A DNA stretch of 63,628 bases, filler included, from Olpidium bornovanus S191 (Eukaryota > Fungi > Olpidiomycota): the NCBI GenBank assembly GCA_017911155.1. It is 26 parts of 26 records of this genome, joined end to end, with 100 filler letters (N's around TTAATTAATTAA, not from the genome) between each part and the next. Parts side by side here need not be neighbours in the genome. Positions count along the whole stretch, not along the records: positions 23,214 to 25,374 come from JAEFCI010007147.1; positions 25,475 to 28,099 come from JAEFCI010002294.1; positions 28,200 to 31,002 come from JAEFCI010002847.1; positions 31,103 to 33,229 come from JAEFCI010012767.1; positions 33,330 to 34,591 come from JAEFCI010002176.1; positions 34,692 to 39,635 come from JAEFCI010012646.1; 20 more parts are not named here. One strand, given 5' to 3'. How positions within the stretch are numbered: position 1 is the first letter of the stretch; every line of letters starts with the position of its first letter. Of the stretch, positions 24,213-35,012 are shown piece after piece. The translations under genes were made by a program, and so were the position numbers. The notes beneath the pieces are model-generated. The model ran no database searches. It saw only the letters and a list, made by a program, of their open reading frames with translations, and was not told the origin of the DNA.

Positions 24213-25374
24213 ATGACCGCCGCAGCAGTGTCCCCGCTCGCAGGAGCGGAGCTCGCCCGGGAGCACGTCGCCGTCGTCGCGCCGTTGCTGCCCGCCCCCG
24301 AGGGCCTGCCGGGGTTCGAGGTGAGGACGATGTGCCGCCTTTGCTTCCTGGCTTGTTTTTATTTCTTGTGGGGAGGGGGCGAAGGGCACTCCGCAGTTCG
24401 GCTCGCTGTGTACGGAGGGGCGGTGAAGAGGCGGCGCGATCGGCGTGGAGAGTCTGTGTCGCCTTCCGCCTCCGGAGCGCCGTGACCCGTCCTTCGTCTC
24501 GCGGTTTTGGAGGCGTGCCGACGATTGGCCCCCTGCCCCCTATCGGCTCACATCTCGCGTCCACGCTCTAGGCATTCAGGTCCAGAGTTTTTCGTGAGCC
24601 TGCCCTCCAGGGAGAAGTTATTCCTGCAGACTTCTGGTTGGTGAAGTTTTACGACGGATACGCGGAGGAAGCACTGGACGCTTTGATCCGGACGGTGGTG
24701 AGTGCGCCCAAGGCATTCTTTTGCTGCGATCCGTCGCGTTGCTTGTGAAGAAGCCTTTTGTTGCCAGTTTGATCGCCGAAACTTTCTCCCTGCAGCAATG
24801 GCGGAAGGAGTACGGCTACTATAACCTCAAGGACGAAGGCGCGAAGTTTGCCGACGACGTGGCCTCCGACAAGCTGATATACTATGCTTACGACAAGACA
24901 GGCTACCCGATCCTTCTTTGGAGGGTCGCCCTGCACTTCGCAGACGCAAAGCAGATCGAACATACTGTGCGGTTCGTCGTCTGGCAGATTGAGCGCGGCA
25001 TCCGCCTTGGGTACGTTACATATGCGGCGAGTCGCGTCGTTTGGAGTTGGCAGGGAGTCTTCTTTTTTCCACGAGCTTAATATCCATACATCGCACAGGT
25101 TGATTACGGATCGTGTCAGTTTCTTCCTTGATCGTGCCGGATCGTCGACGAAGAACGTTGAAAGCGCTGCTGTAAGTGGCGGAGTCGCACAATTTTGTAC
25201 CAGCTTTGCTGAGGTTGTTGTATTTCGTTTTCTAATCCGTCCGTCATTTTACTTTGATCGATTAGTTCTTCAAGCTTCTGATATCTCTACTGCAGACGCA
25301 CTTCCCTGAGGTGAAGATCTTCCGGTTTAATTTTGGCAAGCTTGCCATCGTAAGAAACGAAGAACTGACATGCG
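24213..25374 (+). CDS. CRAL-TRIO/Sec14-like lipid-binding protein, multi-exon, 3'-truncated
   Basis: DFWLVKFYDGYAEEALDALIRTV|QWRKEYG (CRAL_TRIO_N-like); YAYDKTGYPILLWRVALH; TVRFVVWQIE; later LLQTHFPE. The start codon assignment is tentative. Confidence 0.8.
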
Positions 25375-25474
25375 NNNNNNNNNNNNNNNNNNNNNNNNNN
25401 NNNNNNNNNNNNNNNNNNTTAATTAATTAANNNNNNNNNNNNNNNNNNNNNNNNNNNNNNNNNNNNNNNNNNNN

Positions 25475-27636
25475 CGAGTGACAGAAAGGGTGCGGTGGGC
25501 CTTACATTGGACAAGCGAATCTGGATTTTACGGTGCGAGAAGGGGTTTGAGAGGGGAAGGGCGGGGGAAGGCAAAAGAGGCGATCAGCAAACATGGTAAA
25601 CGGAGTAGACGCACTCTTCCTTGCCGGGAAGAACTCACCGATCCAATCAAGGAGGCAAACCAAGCACATGGCGCAGAAAACTGCGCAGCCATTATCAGTG
25701 TCGCTCGCTATGCCTCTGACAATAGCCTTCGCCGTCCTGAGCACCGCGATAATAAGAGAGCCGAGACAGATGCTCCCAAACGACGTGGTCGTCGCCCGCT
25801 TGAGCGAGCCAAGAGCCGGCGACGACGGCATGCCTTGCGGAGAACCCTCTAGGAAGTAATAGGCGGCAAAAACGCCAGAATTCGTCACGTGAACAACGGA
25901 CTTGATGACCTGGCTAACCCAGTAGTAGCTGCGCGGAGTATCCGAATTAAAATCTATTGTAGTCTCTCGTCGGCAACAGCACGCAAACGCGCCGTCGGCA
26001 GTCGCCAGCGCTTACCTGAAAAGAGCAAATAACGTAAGCGCAAAGCGCTTGGTGTTGCTCGGGCACTCTTCACGCGTTCCTTTATTGGTCTGCACAATTC
26101 TGCAGGTCGACGGAGGGTCTTCGGTGTATAAGACAATTCCCGCAAACTGCTCCGTCGCAAACAAACAAAACAAAACAACCAACAAAACATGCGCAAGGGT
26201 TTCAGCTTCCTGCGAAGTCGGGTTCAAGTCTGAAAACAACCAATTTTCAGAGACGGTACCGTGAAGCCGAAATAAACGCTGTAAGCGATCTCCAGGACAA
26301 GTCCGAGTATAGCGACGCCGAACATCCCCTTGTACTTCTTGCTCACGCTGGTGACCGTCTCCAGAATGATCGTCGCAAACGGGATCCTCGACCGCCACCA
26401 GAACCAGCACATGAGGTATAGTCCGGCGAACGCGAGAGAAACGATTCCACCAATAAGGGCCCCGGTGGCAATCAGAAGCAGAGCAAAGACGAAATTGATC
26501 GTGATGGAAACAATAAACGTGGCTTTAATCATAACGGCCGCGTGCCTTTTTTTATGGTCGTTCGGGGTGTGGTTGAGCGCAAAGAGATAAGACGAGTAAG
26601 CGGAGATGTGAGAGATGGGATGAGCAAGCGCGGGAGCGGGACGTATGAGCGACGCACAAAAACCAAAAGAGGATAAAAAGAACAACAAAAAAAAGGTTGG
26701 GAAACCCCCGCCCCGTGTCAAAAAAACCCCTCCCTCATGCCCGCTTCCCTTCCCTCCCCGGGGCACAGAAAAAAAAACCCGAAAGGGAAAGCCCCCACCG
26801 TCTGGTCGTCAAAAATACCTGCCCTCTCCATCTCTTCCCGCCGCCACCACCACCCACAAAGCTCACCTCTCTATCAGGAGGAAATACGCCGCGCTCAGGA
26901 CAAACCCGATGATGGCCGAGAAGAGAAGGACGACGATGACGGCCGTGTCCGCGAACAGCGCGGCACCATTCTGGCGCGTGGAGCCATTCTTGAGCGCGCC
27001 GAGGCCTAGGTACGACACGTAGGCGAAGGCGACGAGGTGCACGACGAACAGGACCGCCGCCCACACGTCGTTGTACTTGGGCTTCGGGTTAAACTTCTCC
27101 GGGTGGAAGCCTCCTCTCGAGTGGCCATCCTGGCGCAGCGTTGGCGGAGCAAACCAAGCAAAAAAAAAAAAAAAAAAAAAAAAAAGGAAGAGCGGGGCAC
27201 GAACGAGGCTGAACGTCAGGTACGTTGTGCGGGGAAGGGCGGAGGGACGGGGAGGGGGGCCAAAAGGGCAAGCGTCTTTTTTGTTTCCTACGCCGGGGGA
27301 CGCCACACCTCCCACGTCGCCCGGTTTTTCTGTTTATGCGCCCCAGGCCACACGCACGTTAAGCCGGGTGTCGGAAGCGCCTCCCGCGAAGGCCGCGCCG
27401 TACCCCGGCGCAGGCGGCCCGGGGTCGAAGGGAGGCGAGGAGGGCTGCTTAGTCGGCGAGTGCAGGTGGGGGAACGGGGGCGGCTGGGAGGGATAACCCG
27501 GCTGCTGCTGCTGCTGTGGCGGGTACCATTGCTGGGAGGGGGGAGGGTAGCCGCCGCCCTGCTGATAGTTTTGCGGAGGGTACACCGGCGACTGCGGAGG
27601 GTATACCGGCGGCTGGTTGCCGCCGTAGTAGGCCAT
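25475..27636 (-). CDS. PNS1: Pns1 / choline transporter-like (CTL) membrane protein, 3'-truncated
   Basis: Pro/Gln/Tyr-rich N-terminus (ATG 27636); KPKYNDVWAAVLF; WRSRIPFATIILETV; YWVSQVIKSVVHVTNSGVFAAYYF; SLKRATTTSFGSICLGSLIIA. Confidence 0.93.
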
Positions 27637-27994
27637 TCTGCTGCTGGGCTCCAACGAACTCCTGCCGGTCGGTCGGTCGTGCTGCCGCTCGCTCCTAGCT
27701 GGGCCGCAAGGATGAGAGAACAGGGTTTCGGTCGGCGGGAGGGACGGAGAGAGAGAGAAAGGGGGGGAGAGGGGGGGGGAGAAGAGGAAGGAGAGGCGAG
27801 ATAGAGAGGACGAGAGGGAGATGAGAGGGGAAGAGCGGCTAGGGGCGGGCGTAGGGAGACAGGAAGCAGGCGCGCACGCACCTTCTTTACTCTCTCTCTC
27901 TCTCTCGCTCTCTCCTTTTCGTTCTTTTCCACGCGGTTTTCTCTCTGGCTTTCTCCTTTCTCTTGTTTTTTCTCGCTGGGCGGCCGGGCGACAA

Positions 27995-28030
27995 AAGAAA
28001 AGAAAAGAAAAGAAAAGAAAAGAAAAGAAA
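27995..28030. repeat. (AAAAG)n microsatellite
   Basis: About seven tandem AAAAG units. Confidence 0.85.
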
Positions 28031-28200
28031 AGGGAACAGTTTGGTGGTGCTCCGGCTCGTGTCTCGCATGCAGACCCGGGCCTGACGAGCGCCTTGCCGN
28101 NNNNNNNNNNNNNNNNNNNNNNNNNNNNNNNNNNNNNNNNNNNTTAATTAATTAANNNNNNNNNNNNNNNNNNNNNNNNNNNNNNNNNNNNNNNNNNNNC

Positions 28201-29051
28201 ATGATGGAATCGCTCTCGATCGACGTCAATGACAATTACACCGCTCCGGAATCGTGGAAGAAACGATACGCCGAGATCATCGGCAGTCTTCTCTACCTTG
28301 CCACGCACAGCAGGCCGGACATCTCCTTTGCAGTCAGCTTCCTCTCGCGCTATGCTCACAAGCCGACTGAGAAGCACCTGGCTGCTGCTAAGCTCATAAT
28401 TCGGTATCTCAAGGGAACTCGCTCTCTCAGAATCTACCTTCCCGGCGCGGAAATCTACCAAGGTCAACCTACCGCTCCCGCCGTCGGCCTACACGGCTGG
28501 GCCGATTCGGACTGGGGGGGTGCTGTCAGACACGCTCGTCAACCACGGGCTATGTGATCTTCTTTTACGGCGCAATCATCAGCTGGCGATCGAGCCGGCA
28601 GACTTGTGTCGCGACCAGCTCAACTGAAGCCGAGTTCATCGCGGCGTCCGCGGCCGCGCAGGAAATCTGCTGGCTGTGATTGTTGCTGGTCTACCTGGAC
28701 CGCCACTTCGTCAAAGATCCTATGCCTCTTGAGATCGACAATGCCGGTGCTGTAGCACTCGCCGGAGGACACCTTGGCCGCCGCTCGAAGCACATCGACC
28801 TCAGGTTCCATCACATCAGGAACCTTGTCGCAGACGGAACCATTGCCGTCAGGCAGGTGGGGACCGCCAACAACATTGCCGACACCTTTACCAAGCCGCT
28901 CTCAAAAATCAAGTTCGTTCACGCCATCAACAAGCTTGGGATGCATCAGGCAGACGCCTCGGACGCAATGGCACAGGCAGTAATGGAGTCAGGCGACGCA
29001 GACGATGAAGGAGAAGGACTACGGCGCCGCTTCAGCGTGACGCTGATTTAA
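28201..29051 (+). mobile_element. Ty1/Copia RT C-terminus + RNase H, decayed
   Basis: YAEIIGSLLYLATHSRPDISFAVSFLSR; YLKGT; GWADSDWG; SSTEAEFIA; IDNAGA; RSKHIDLRFHHIR; NIADTFTKPL. Frameshift near 28526 and in-frame TGA at ~28677. A possible PPT (GAGGTGGGGGG) lies at 29223-29233. Confidence 0.95.
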
Positions 29052-29454
29052 GGCTCACGGCCGAAAATGGTTGTTTAGCACGTTCTTCCTTTCCCGCACA
29101 TTTCTTTCTTTGTCACTTCCACCAGAATTTTCCACCAAGTCAATTTCTACTATATATGCACGTTTTCTACAGGTTTCTCTCTTTTTCTTCTTGGGATTTC
29201 CTTGGTTTCCAGGGATTTCCTCGAGGTGGGGGGTCGTCATATATGGCCTGTAATCGAGGACAACGAGAAAACCCCAGGGGAGCGGAAAATACAAGACAAG
29301 AGGCGGAAAACCAAACGATAGGATTTTGAAAAACCGCGCGGACCTCAGCACGACCATTTATTTATACTGTGTTTTTTATACTGATATATTTTACTACTAA
29401 TCAGTAACTACAGCATGCTATGAATGTATATAACATAGAAAGAATCTAGTCTTC

Positions 29455-29940
29455 CTCACGTAACCACCTGTGTGACTTAAACTTCCGCCTGTCACGATCT
29501 TTTTTTGCTGCTGTGATTCCATCTTCTCTTTGCGCATACATACATCTCAATGTACCGCCATGACGTTCTTGCATGCTTGCGGATCTCCTTTATGCTGACA
29601 CCATCCAAGATTCCAGGGAGACGGTCAAGAGCGAGGTAAAGTTATAATCACATTCTTCTCTCGCCCTCCGCTTGGCTGCTCCCCAGAATCGCTCGATGAA
29701 GTTGCACTCGCAGTGGAACTTCGGATAGAACTCAGCAATGTGCCCAGCCTTTTCAACTTCAGACTTTAAGGCAGTCTCCTGCTCCTTAAAGTCTGGCTGG
29801 GCGATCAAAGTGTGGCGCCAGCAGCAGTCACTTGCCGGGGTGACACTTTCACTCTTGCAGTCGAGATTCCATTTATTGTTTGGCGATGGTTCAATTCCTT
29901 TTTCCTTAAGAATCTGTGTCCAAGCAATTGTTATTCGTTA
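29455..29940 (-). mobile_element. IS630/Tc1/mariner-superfamily DDE transposase C-terminal relic
   Basis: CCWRHTLIAQPDFKEQETAL...GHIAEFYPKFHCECNFIERFWGAAKR, then after frameshifts RKHARTSWRYIEMY and KFKSHR. Confidence 0.85.
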
Positions 29941-30247
29941 GCATCTGTGGCGCTCGGGTCCGGACACGCCGGACGACGGGACGGGCGTCGTCCCGCGGTC
30001 ACTTTCTCGCGCGGCGAGGCCGGCCCGCCAGCGAACTCGGGCCTCACGCGATGAGAAGTTGCGCGCACACGCTTTCGGGGGGGGGCGCTCGACCGGTTCT
30101 CCCGTTTGTAAGAATCATTACGCAGGCCCCGCGGAGGCAGGCGCCGTTTCGTTTTCGCGGCATATCCGGCCCCGACCGGGCGGCGTCAGGGTTCACGAGG
30201 GCGCCCTCCCCCCACCCCGTGTCTGCCCCCCGTCCGGGTCCGGCAAA

Positions 30248-30278
<31 letters not shown>
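30248..30278. repeat. (AAT)n microsatellite
   Basis: About ten AAT units. Confidence 0.9.
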
Positions 30279-31102
30279 TTCCGGCGACCGGCAGCGCCTC
30301 GAAGGTACCCACAGCGTCTGCTCTTCACAGCCGCCCCGAAACGGCGTCTTTTGAGCCCGCCGCGCGAAATCTTGCAGACGTGGCAAACGCCAGGTCCGGT
30401 CGCGGTCGTGGATGCCAACCGGGAGCGCGGGAACCGGCGACCTCAACGTGATTGCTCGACGTCCGCGTTTCGTCAGTAGTGCTCGCAGTAAACTGGGCGC
30501 CTCCGACTGCAAACCCTTCTCGAGGCGGGGCGTGCCGACCGGCTTTGCGCCCGACCTTCCGTGCTTTTCCAGGAGCCGCATCACTGAGTGCTTTTGGTCC
30601 AGGGGTCCTTGATCCTTCGATGGACGTCACTCGGAAGACGAGGATGATTTCTAAGACGCTCTTTTCGAGCGTCTTAGACTTGCGTTCGAGGTGTCCTTCG
30701 CACTCACCTGCGAGGCCTTCGTCGGGGCCCCGTCAGAAGGGAATTTGCCACCGACGTTAAACCGCACTCGCGAGCGGGGGGGCGTTTCTCGGGTTCGCCG
30801 TCCCCCATCGGCTAGCGATTCCCTCTGAAACACGCAGACGCGGAGTTCCGTCGTCGGCAGTTGCGCCAACCCCGGTTTCACGAGCCCATCGTGCAGCCTG
30901 ACGCGTCCACTTCGGTTGAGTGGTGGCGGAGGGGGGGGGGGGGGGGGGGGGCGCGCGCCGCCGCGGGGTCCGGCCGTGCAACTGCCTAGCGCCAGATGCT
31001 TCNNNNNNNNNNNNNNNNNNNNNNNNNNNNNNNNNNNNNNNNNNNNTTAATTAATTAANNNNNNNNNNNNNNNNNNNNNNNNNNNNNNNNNNNNNNNNNN
31101 NN

Positions 31103-31146
<44 letters not shown>

Positions 31147-31154
31147 AAAAGTCA

Positions 31155-33100
31155 ATGTCCGACGTCGAGGACCTGGCCGCCGCCCACGGCGCAGAAGTCG
31201 CGTCGTTTCGGCCCTCGCTCCGCGCGGCTGCGCGAGCGCCGGCGCGCGCCCGGGTCCGCGTCGCCCGCGCGCCGCCTCGCCGAGTACGACGATATCTACG
31301 ACGAGGTCACGGCGGGCCACTACAACGCGATCGTGAAGGGCCGGCTGCAGGAAGAGGACTTCGTCGTCGACGACGACGTGCGCGGCTACGCGGAGAACGG
31401 CCTCGAAGAATGGGACGACGTCCGCGAGGACGAGTACTCCACCGGAAGCGAGGCCGAAGTCGAAAAAAAAGCGGAGGTCGGATCGTCCGCGAAGGCGGTT
31501 TTTCCCCTGGTGCTCCCCGGAAACGCGGAAACGCGCGCGCGGGGTGGGGGGGGTTCTTTGTTCTCCGCAATGTGTCGCCGCGCGTGCTCGACGCGAAGGG
31601 ACGATTTCCGGGCATCTGAACTCGATTCGCTGCTTGCTCACTGACAGTACAGACAGTACAGACAGAAAAGGAAGGAAGCGAAAACCCGAGTGTTAAGCCC
31701 GGCAACCAGATCCAAAGCTATTTCCGACGCCAGACCCAGTTGACGGGCCAAAGGAAGGTTTGTCCTCCGCGGTCGTTTTGCCCGCGGCTTTGGGTCTTTT
31801 GCGCTGACAGGCAGTCGTTTGTTGCAGCCGCAGGCTACGTCGCAACAGGAAGACCAATTAATGAGCGAAATCTTTGAAGGGCTTGACGAGGAAGAGGAGC
31901 CTATTTTGAAAAGGCCCAAGAATTTCGGAGCTGGAGGCAGCCACATGGAAAACGGGCTTTTTTTCAGGCCGTTGTCACAGCCTCCACGGCCGAGCGTTGT
32001 TCGGCGGTGCCCGATGACCTTGTCGAGCCCAAAAAACCGGTGTGGTCCTGCGTTCTGCTATCGAATTGTCAAAGGTGGATCAAATGGCTGATTACTTCTG
32101 TGGCCCCAGTTGGACGTGGCTGTGGATTCGACTGCCACAGCGCCGGAACTTGTCGATGTTGCAAATGACCTCGTGAATAATCTTGGTGCCGAAGATTCGG
32201 AGCCGTTCAATGCGAACGCTGATGACGACGTGTTTGCCCCGATGCAAGATGCCCGAGCGGTGCCGCCCGCCGAGGTGGCGGGCAAGGCGGGACCTAACGA
32301 ACTGGTCGGGCTGAAATTAGAAGTGCGGGACGTGAGACCGGGTACCGTGAAATCGAAGGCGTCTGGAGGGTACCTGCTGCGACCTGCGGTAATGGAGGCT
32401 CCGGCTGTGAAAAGAAGAGCCGCAGCCGGAAGCGGTGAATTGGCCTTCGAACACCTTTCTCCCTGAGGAAGTGAAAACCGTTTCTCCTCAGTCTGAAGAC
32501 ACGGCGGTGCCTGCCGGCGGAAAGTTGGCGGACAGTGTGTTCGAAGAGGACGGTTCTCTGCGGATGTACTGGATCGATGTTACTGGGACAGGCAGGGCAC
32601 AGTACCCCTGTTCGGCAAGGTATCGCTGCCGACGCCCGCTGCCGCGAGTTCGAACGTGCATCGGCCGTTTGCGGCGGAGCGCTTAACGGCCGCCGCGGAA
32701 TTATGTGACAGGTCCTCAACCGCGCGACGAAAAGCTACGTCAGTTGTTGCGCTGTCGTGCAGAATGTCGAGCGTAACGTCTTCGCACTGCCCCGGAAGCA
32801 TAAAGTTGACGGTCCGTAGTGTTGAGGAAACTTCCTCTTGAACGAGTGAAAGAAATTTTTTTGCCAGAAATTCCTATGCCGGTTCCGAGATCTGCAGGCG
32901 GAAGAGAACGCACAAGCGGGTTCTGCCAAGAAAGTACAACCGAGGAGTTCAAACGCCCGGCCGCGTGTATATCGGATTTGACAGAGTCCGGTAAACTGCA
33001 GGCCTGCAAGCGCGGTCTCCATCCAGAGTTTTGTCGCGACCTGCCGGTCACGAAGGTTGACGACTTTTTGACACGGCCGGTTCGCGAGGTCGTAAAAACC
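31155..33100 (+). CDS. POL1: DNA polymerase alpha catalytic subunit, N-terminal part (truncated; 5' end frame-disrupted)
   Basis: RLAEYDDIYDEVTAGHYNAIVKGRLQEEDFVVDDDVRGYAENGLEEWDD (DNA_pol_alpha_N-like); DGSLRMYWID; GTVPLFGK; VVQNVERNVFALPR. The 3' extent is approximate. Confidence 0.9.
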
Positions 33101-33349
33101 TGACGAGATCATGGCGCGGGTTTTGGGCCTCAACTTGCGGTGCATTTGGACGTCCGGCCCGGAGCTTGATACGTTCTTGAGGTGATACCGATCCGCTGGC
33201 AAAGTCGGCTTTTTGTTTTTTTTTTTGTCNNNNNNNNNNNNNNNNNNNNNNNNNNNNNNNNNNNNNNNNNNNNTTAATTAATTAANNNNNNNNNNNNNNN
33301 NNNNNNNNNNNNNNNNNNNNNNNNNNNNNCGGACCACGGCCTCCGCTAC

Positions 33350-33937
33350 AGTGACGACGGAGCAGAAAAATCGGCCGGACTGATGGCGTGGTCAGACTCT
33401 GATTGGGCGTGCGCCGCCGCCGACCGCAAGTCGATCAGCGGCTGGGTCGTACAGCACGCAGGCAACACAGTCGCGTGGAAAAGCAGTGAACAAACAATAA
33501 TCGCGCACTCGTCAACGGAGGCGGAAGTAGTTGCAGCATCCGAAGCCAGCAGGGAACTGGCATGGTTACAACAACCGTACAGTGACATCACTGGGGATAC
33601 GCGCCCAACAGTATTGCACATAGACAATCGCGGTGCAATAGAGATCGCGACTGAACAGCGCCGACTCTCAAAGCGAAGCAAGCATATGGAGATAAGGCAC
33701 CTCTACGTCCGGGATTGTGTTGCAGCGAACAGAATAACAGTTAGATTCACACCTTCAGCAGAGAACTTAGCGGATGGCTTCACAAAAAGGCTGCCGAACC
33801 CAGCCTTCCGCGCCTTCTGCGACCACCTGGGACTCTGCCCCGTCCCCGCGCCTGACACTCCTCGTCTCCCTCACCACACGCATCTGCCGAGCAAGAAGCC
33901 GAGCAAGGCGAGGGCATCGGGCAATGAAGTCACGTGA
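33350..33937 (+). mobile_element. Ty1/Copia RNase H domain (second family, open frame)
   Basis: AWSDSDWA...RKSISGW...WKSSEQTIIAHSSTEAE...IDNRGA...KRSKHMEIRHLYVRD...ENLADGFTKRL. Confidence 0.95.
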
Positions 33938-34220
33938 AGGAAGACCAGTGGAAAAACGCACGTGGCAAGTCCACTTTATTTTTCATAGCTTCCATTTCTT
34001 TCTTTCCTACGGATGCAGCATTGGGGAACTGACAGTTCCAAACTCCCAAAGCATGTTCTCTTTCAGCCTCCCGTTAACCCGTTTTGCTTACGAACTGTTA
34101 CTTCCTGTTTCCGAACATCGTTTTCCGTTGTCCTTTTCGTCTGTACCACACCCCGACCTCCCTGACCTTTTCCAATATTTTTGTTTTCTCTGTTTTCCCT
34201 TTCACCACCGTTCGCCGCTC

Positions 34221-34591
34221 GAGGGGGGGTGTCGCTAGTATTTCCCGAGCGCCTGTACCCGTAGTCCGAACCCCGAACAAAAATAAAACAAAAACCAAGA
34301 ACGCCGTAACCATCTACAGCCGAGGGCGGGTGGGCTCGAACCGTTTGTTTATTATTCTTTCGGGAGATTTTTTGCAAGGAAGAGCAACGGAGTGCTCTGT
34401 TGTTGTTTTTCGGGGGGGGGGGGGGGGGGGGGTGTTGGAAAAGGTTTTTCCCTGTCCCCCCGGGCCCAGCAGGGTGGGGGCCCTGCCGTAAAAAACCCCC
34501 CCCCCCCCAACAACAACAACAACAGAGCACTCCATCGCTTTTCCTTGCGCATAAAACTCCCAAATAAATAATAAACAAACGGTTCGAACCC
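34221..34591 (+). mobile_element. Polypurine tract and start of the 3' LTR of the Copia element
   Basis: GAGGGGGGG (34221-34229) directly followed by TGTCGCTAG at 34230, about 290 bp after the pol stop; runs into the gap. Confidence 0.7.
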
Positions 34592-35012
34592 NNNNNNNNN
34601 NNNNNNNNNNNNNNNNNNNNNNNNNNNNNNNNNNNTTAATTAATTAANNNNNNNNNNNNNNNNNNNNNNNNNNNNNNNNNNNNNNNNNNNNCATGCTTGT
34701 TAGATTAGGGTAATTTGATGACTGGATATCGAGTAAAGGGCGTTTGCGAAACTTGTGGAAGAACCGGCGGGCTGTAGTAAATAGGTGAGGGTATAGTCGC
34801 CTACGGCGCCAGGTGTCGAGGTATTCAGAAATGTACGCCGAGGAAATACAAAATAAAAACAATCGAAAATCAATTGTGAAGCGAGAGTAAGGCGGAGGAG
34901 GAGAAGGAGGAGAGGAGGAGGAGGAGAGGGGAAGAGGGGGGGGGTGTGTGGGTGAAACGTGTAATGCGGTGGGATTGCAAAAACAAGTACAGACCAGGAT
35001 CAATTAATTTAA

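Noticed and set aside
23541-24213. Poly-Pro/poly-Gly ORFs resembling formin FH1 or extensin (also 6574-7000 and 22660-23112)
   Set aside because: They arise from C/G homopolymer tracts in non-coding DNA and have no accompanying domains.
32735-33202. Minus-strand 155-aa ORF overlapping POL1
   Set aside because: No recognisable motif; it overlaps the POL1 region on the opposite strand.
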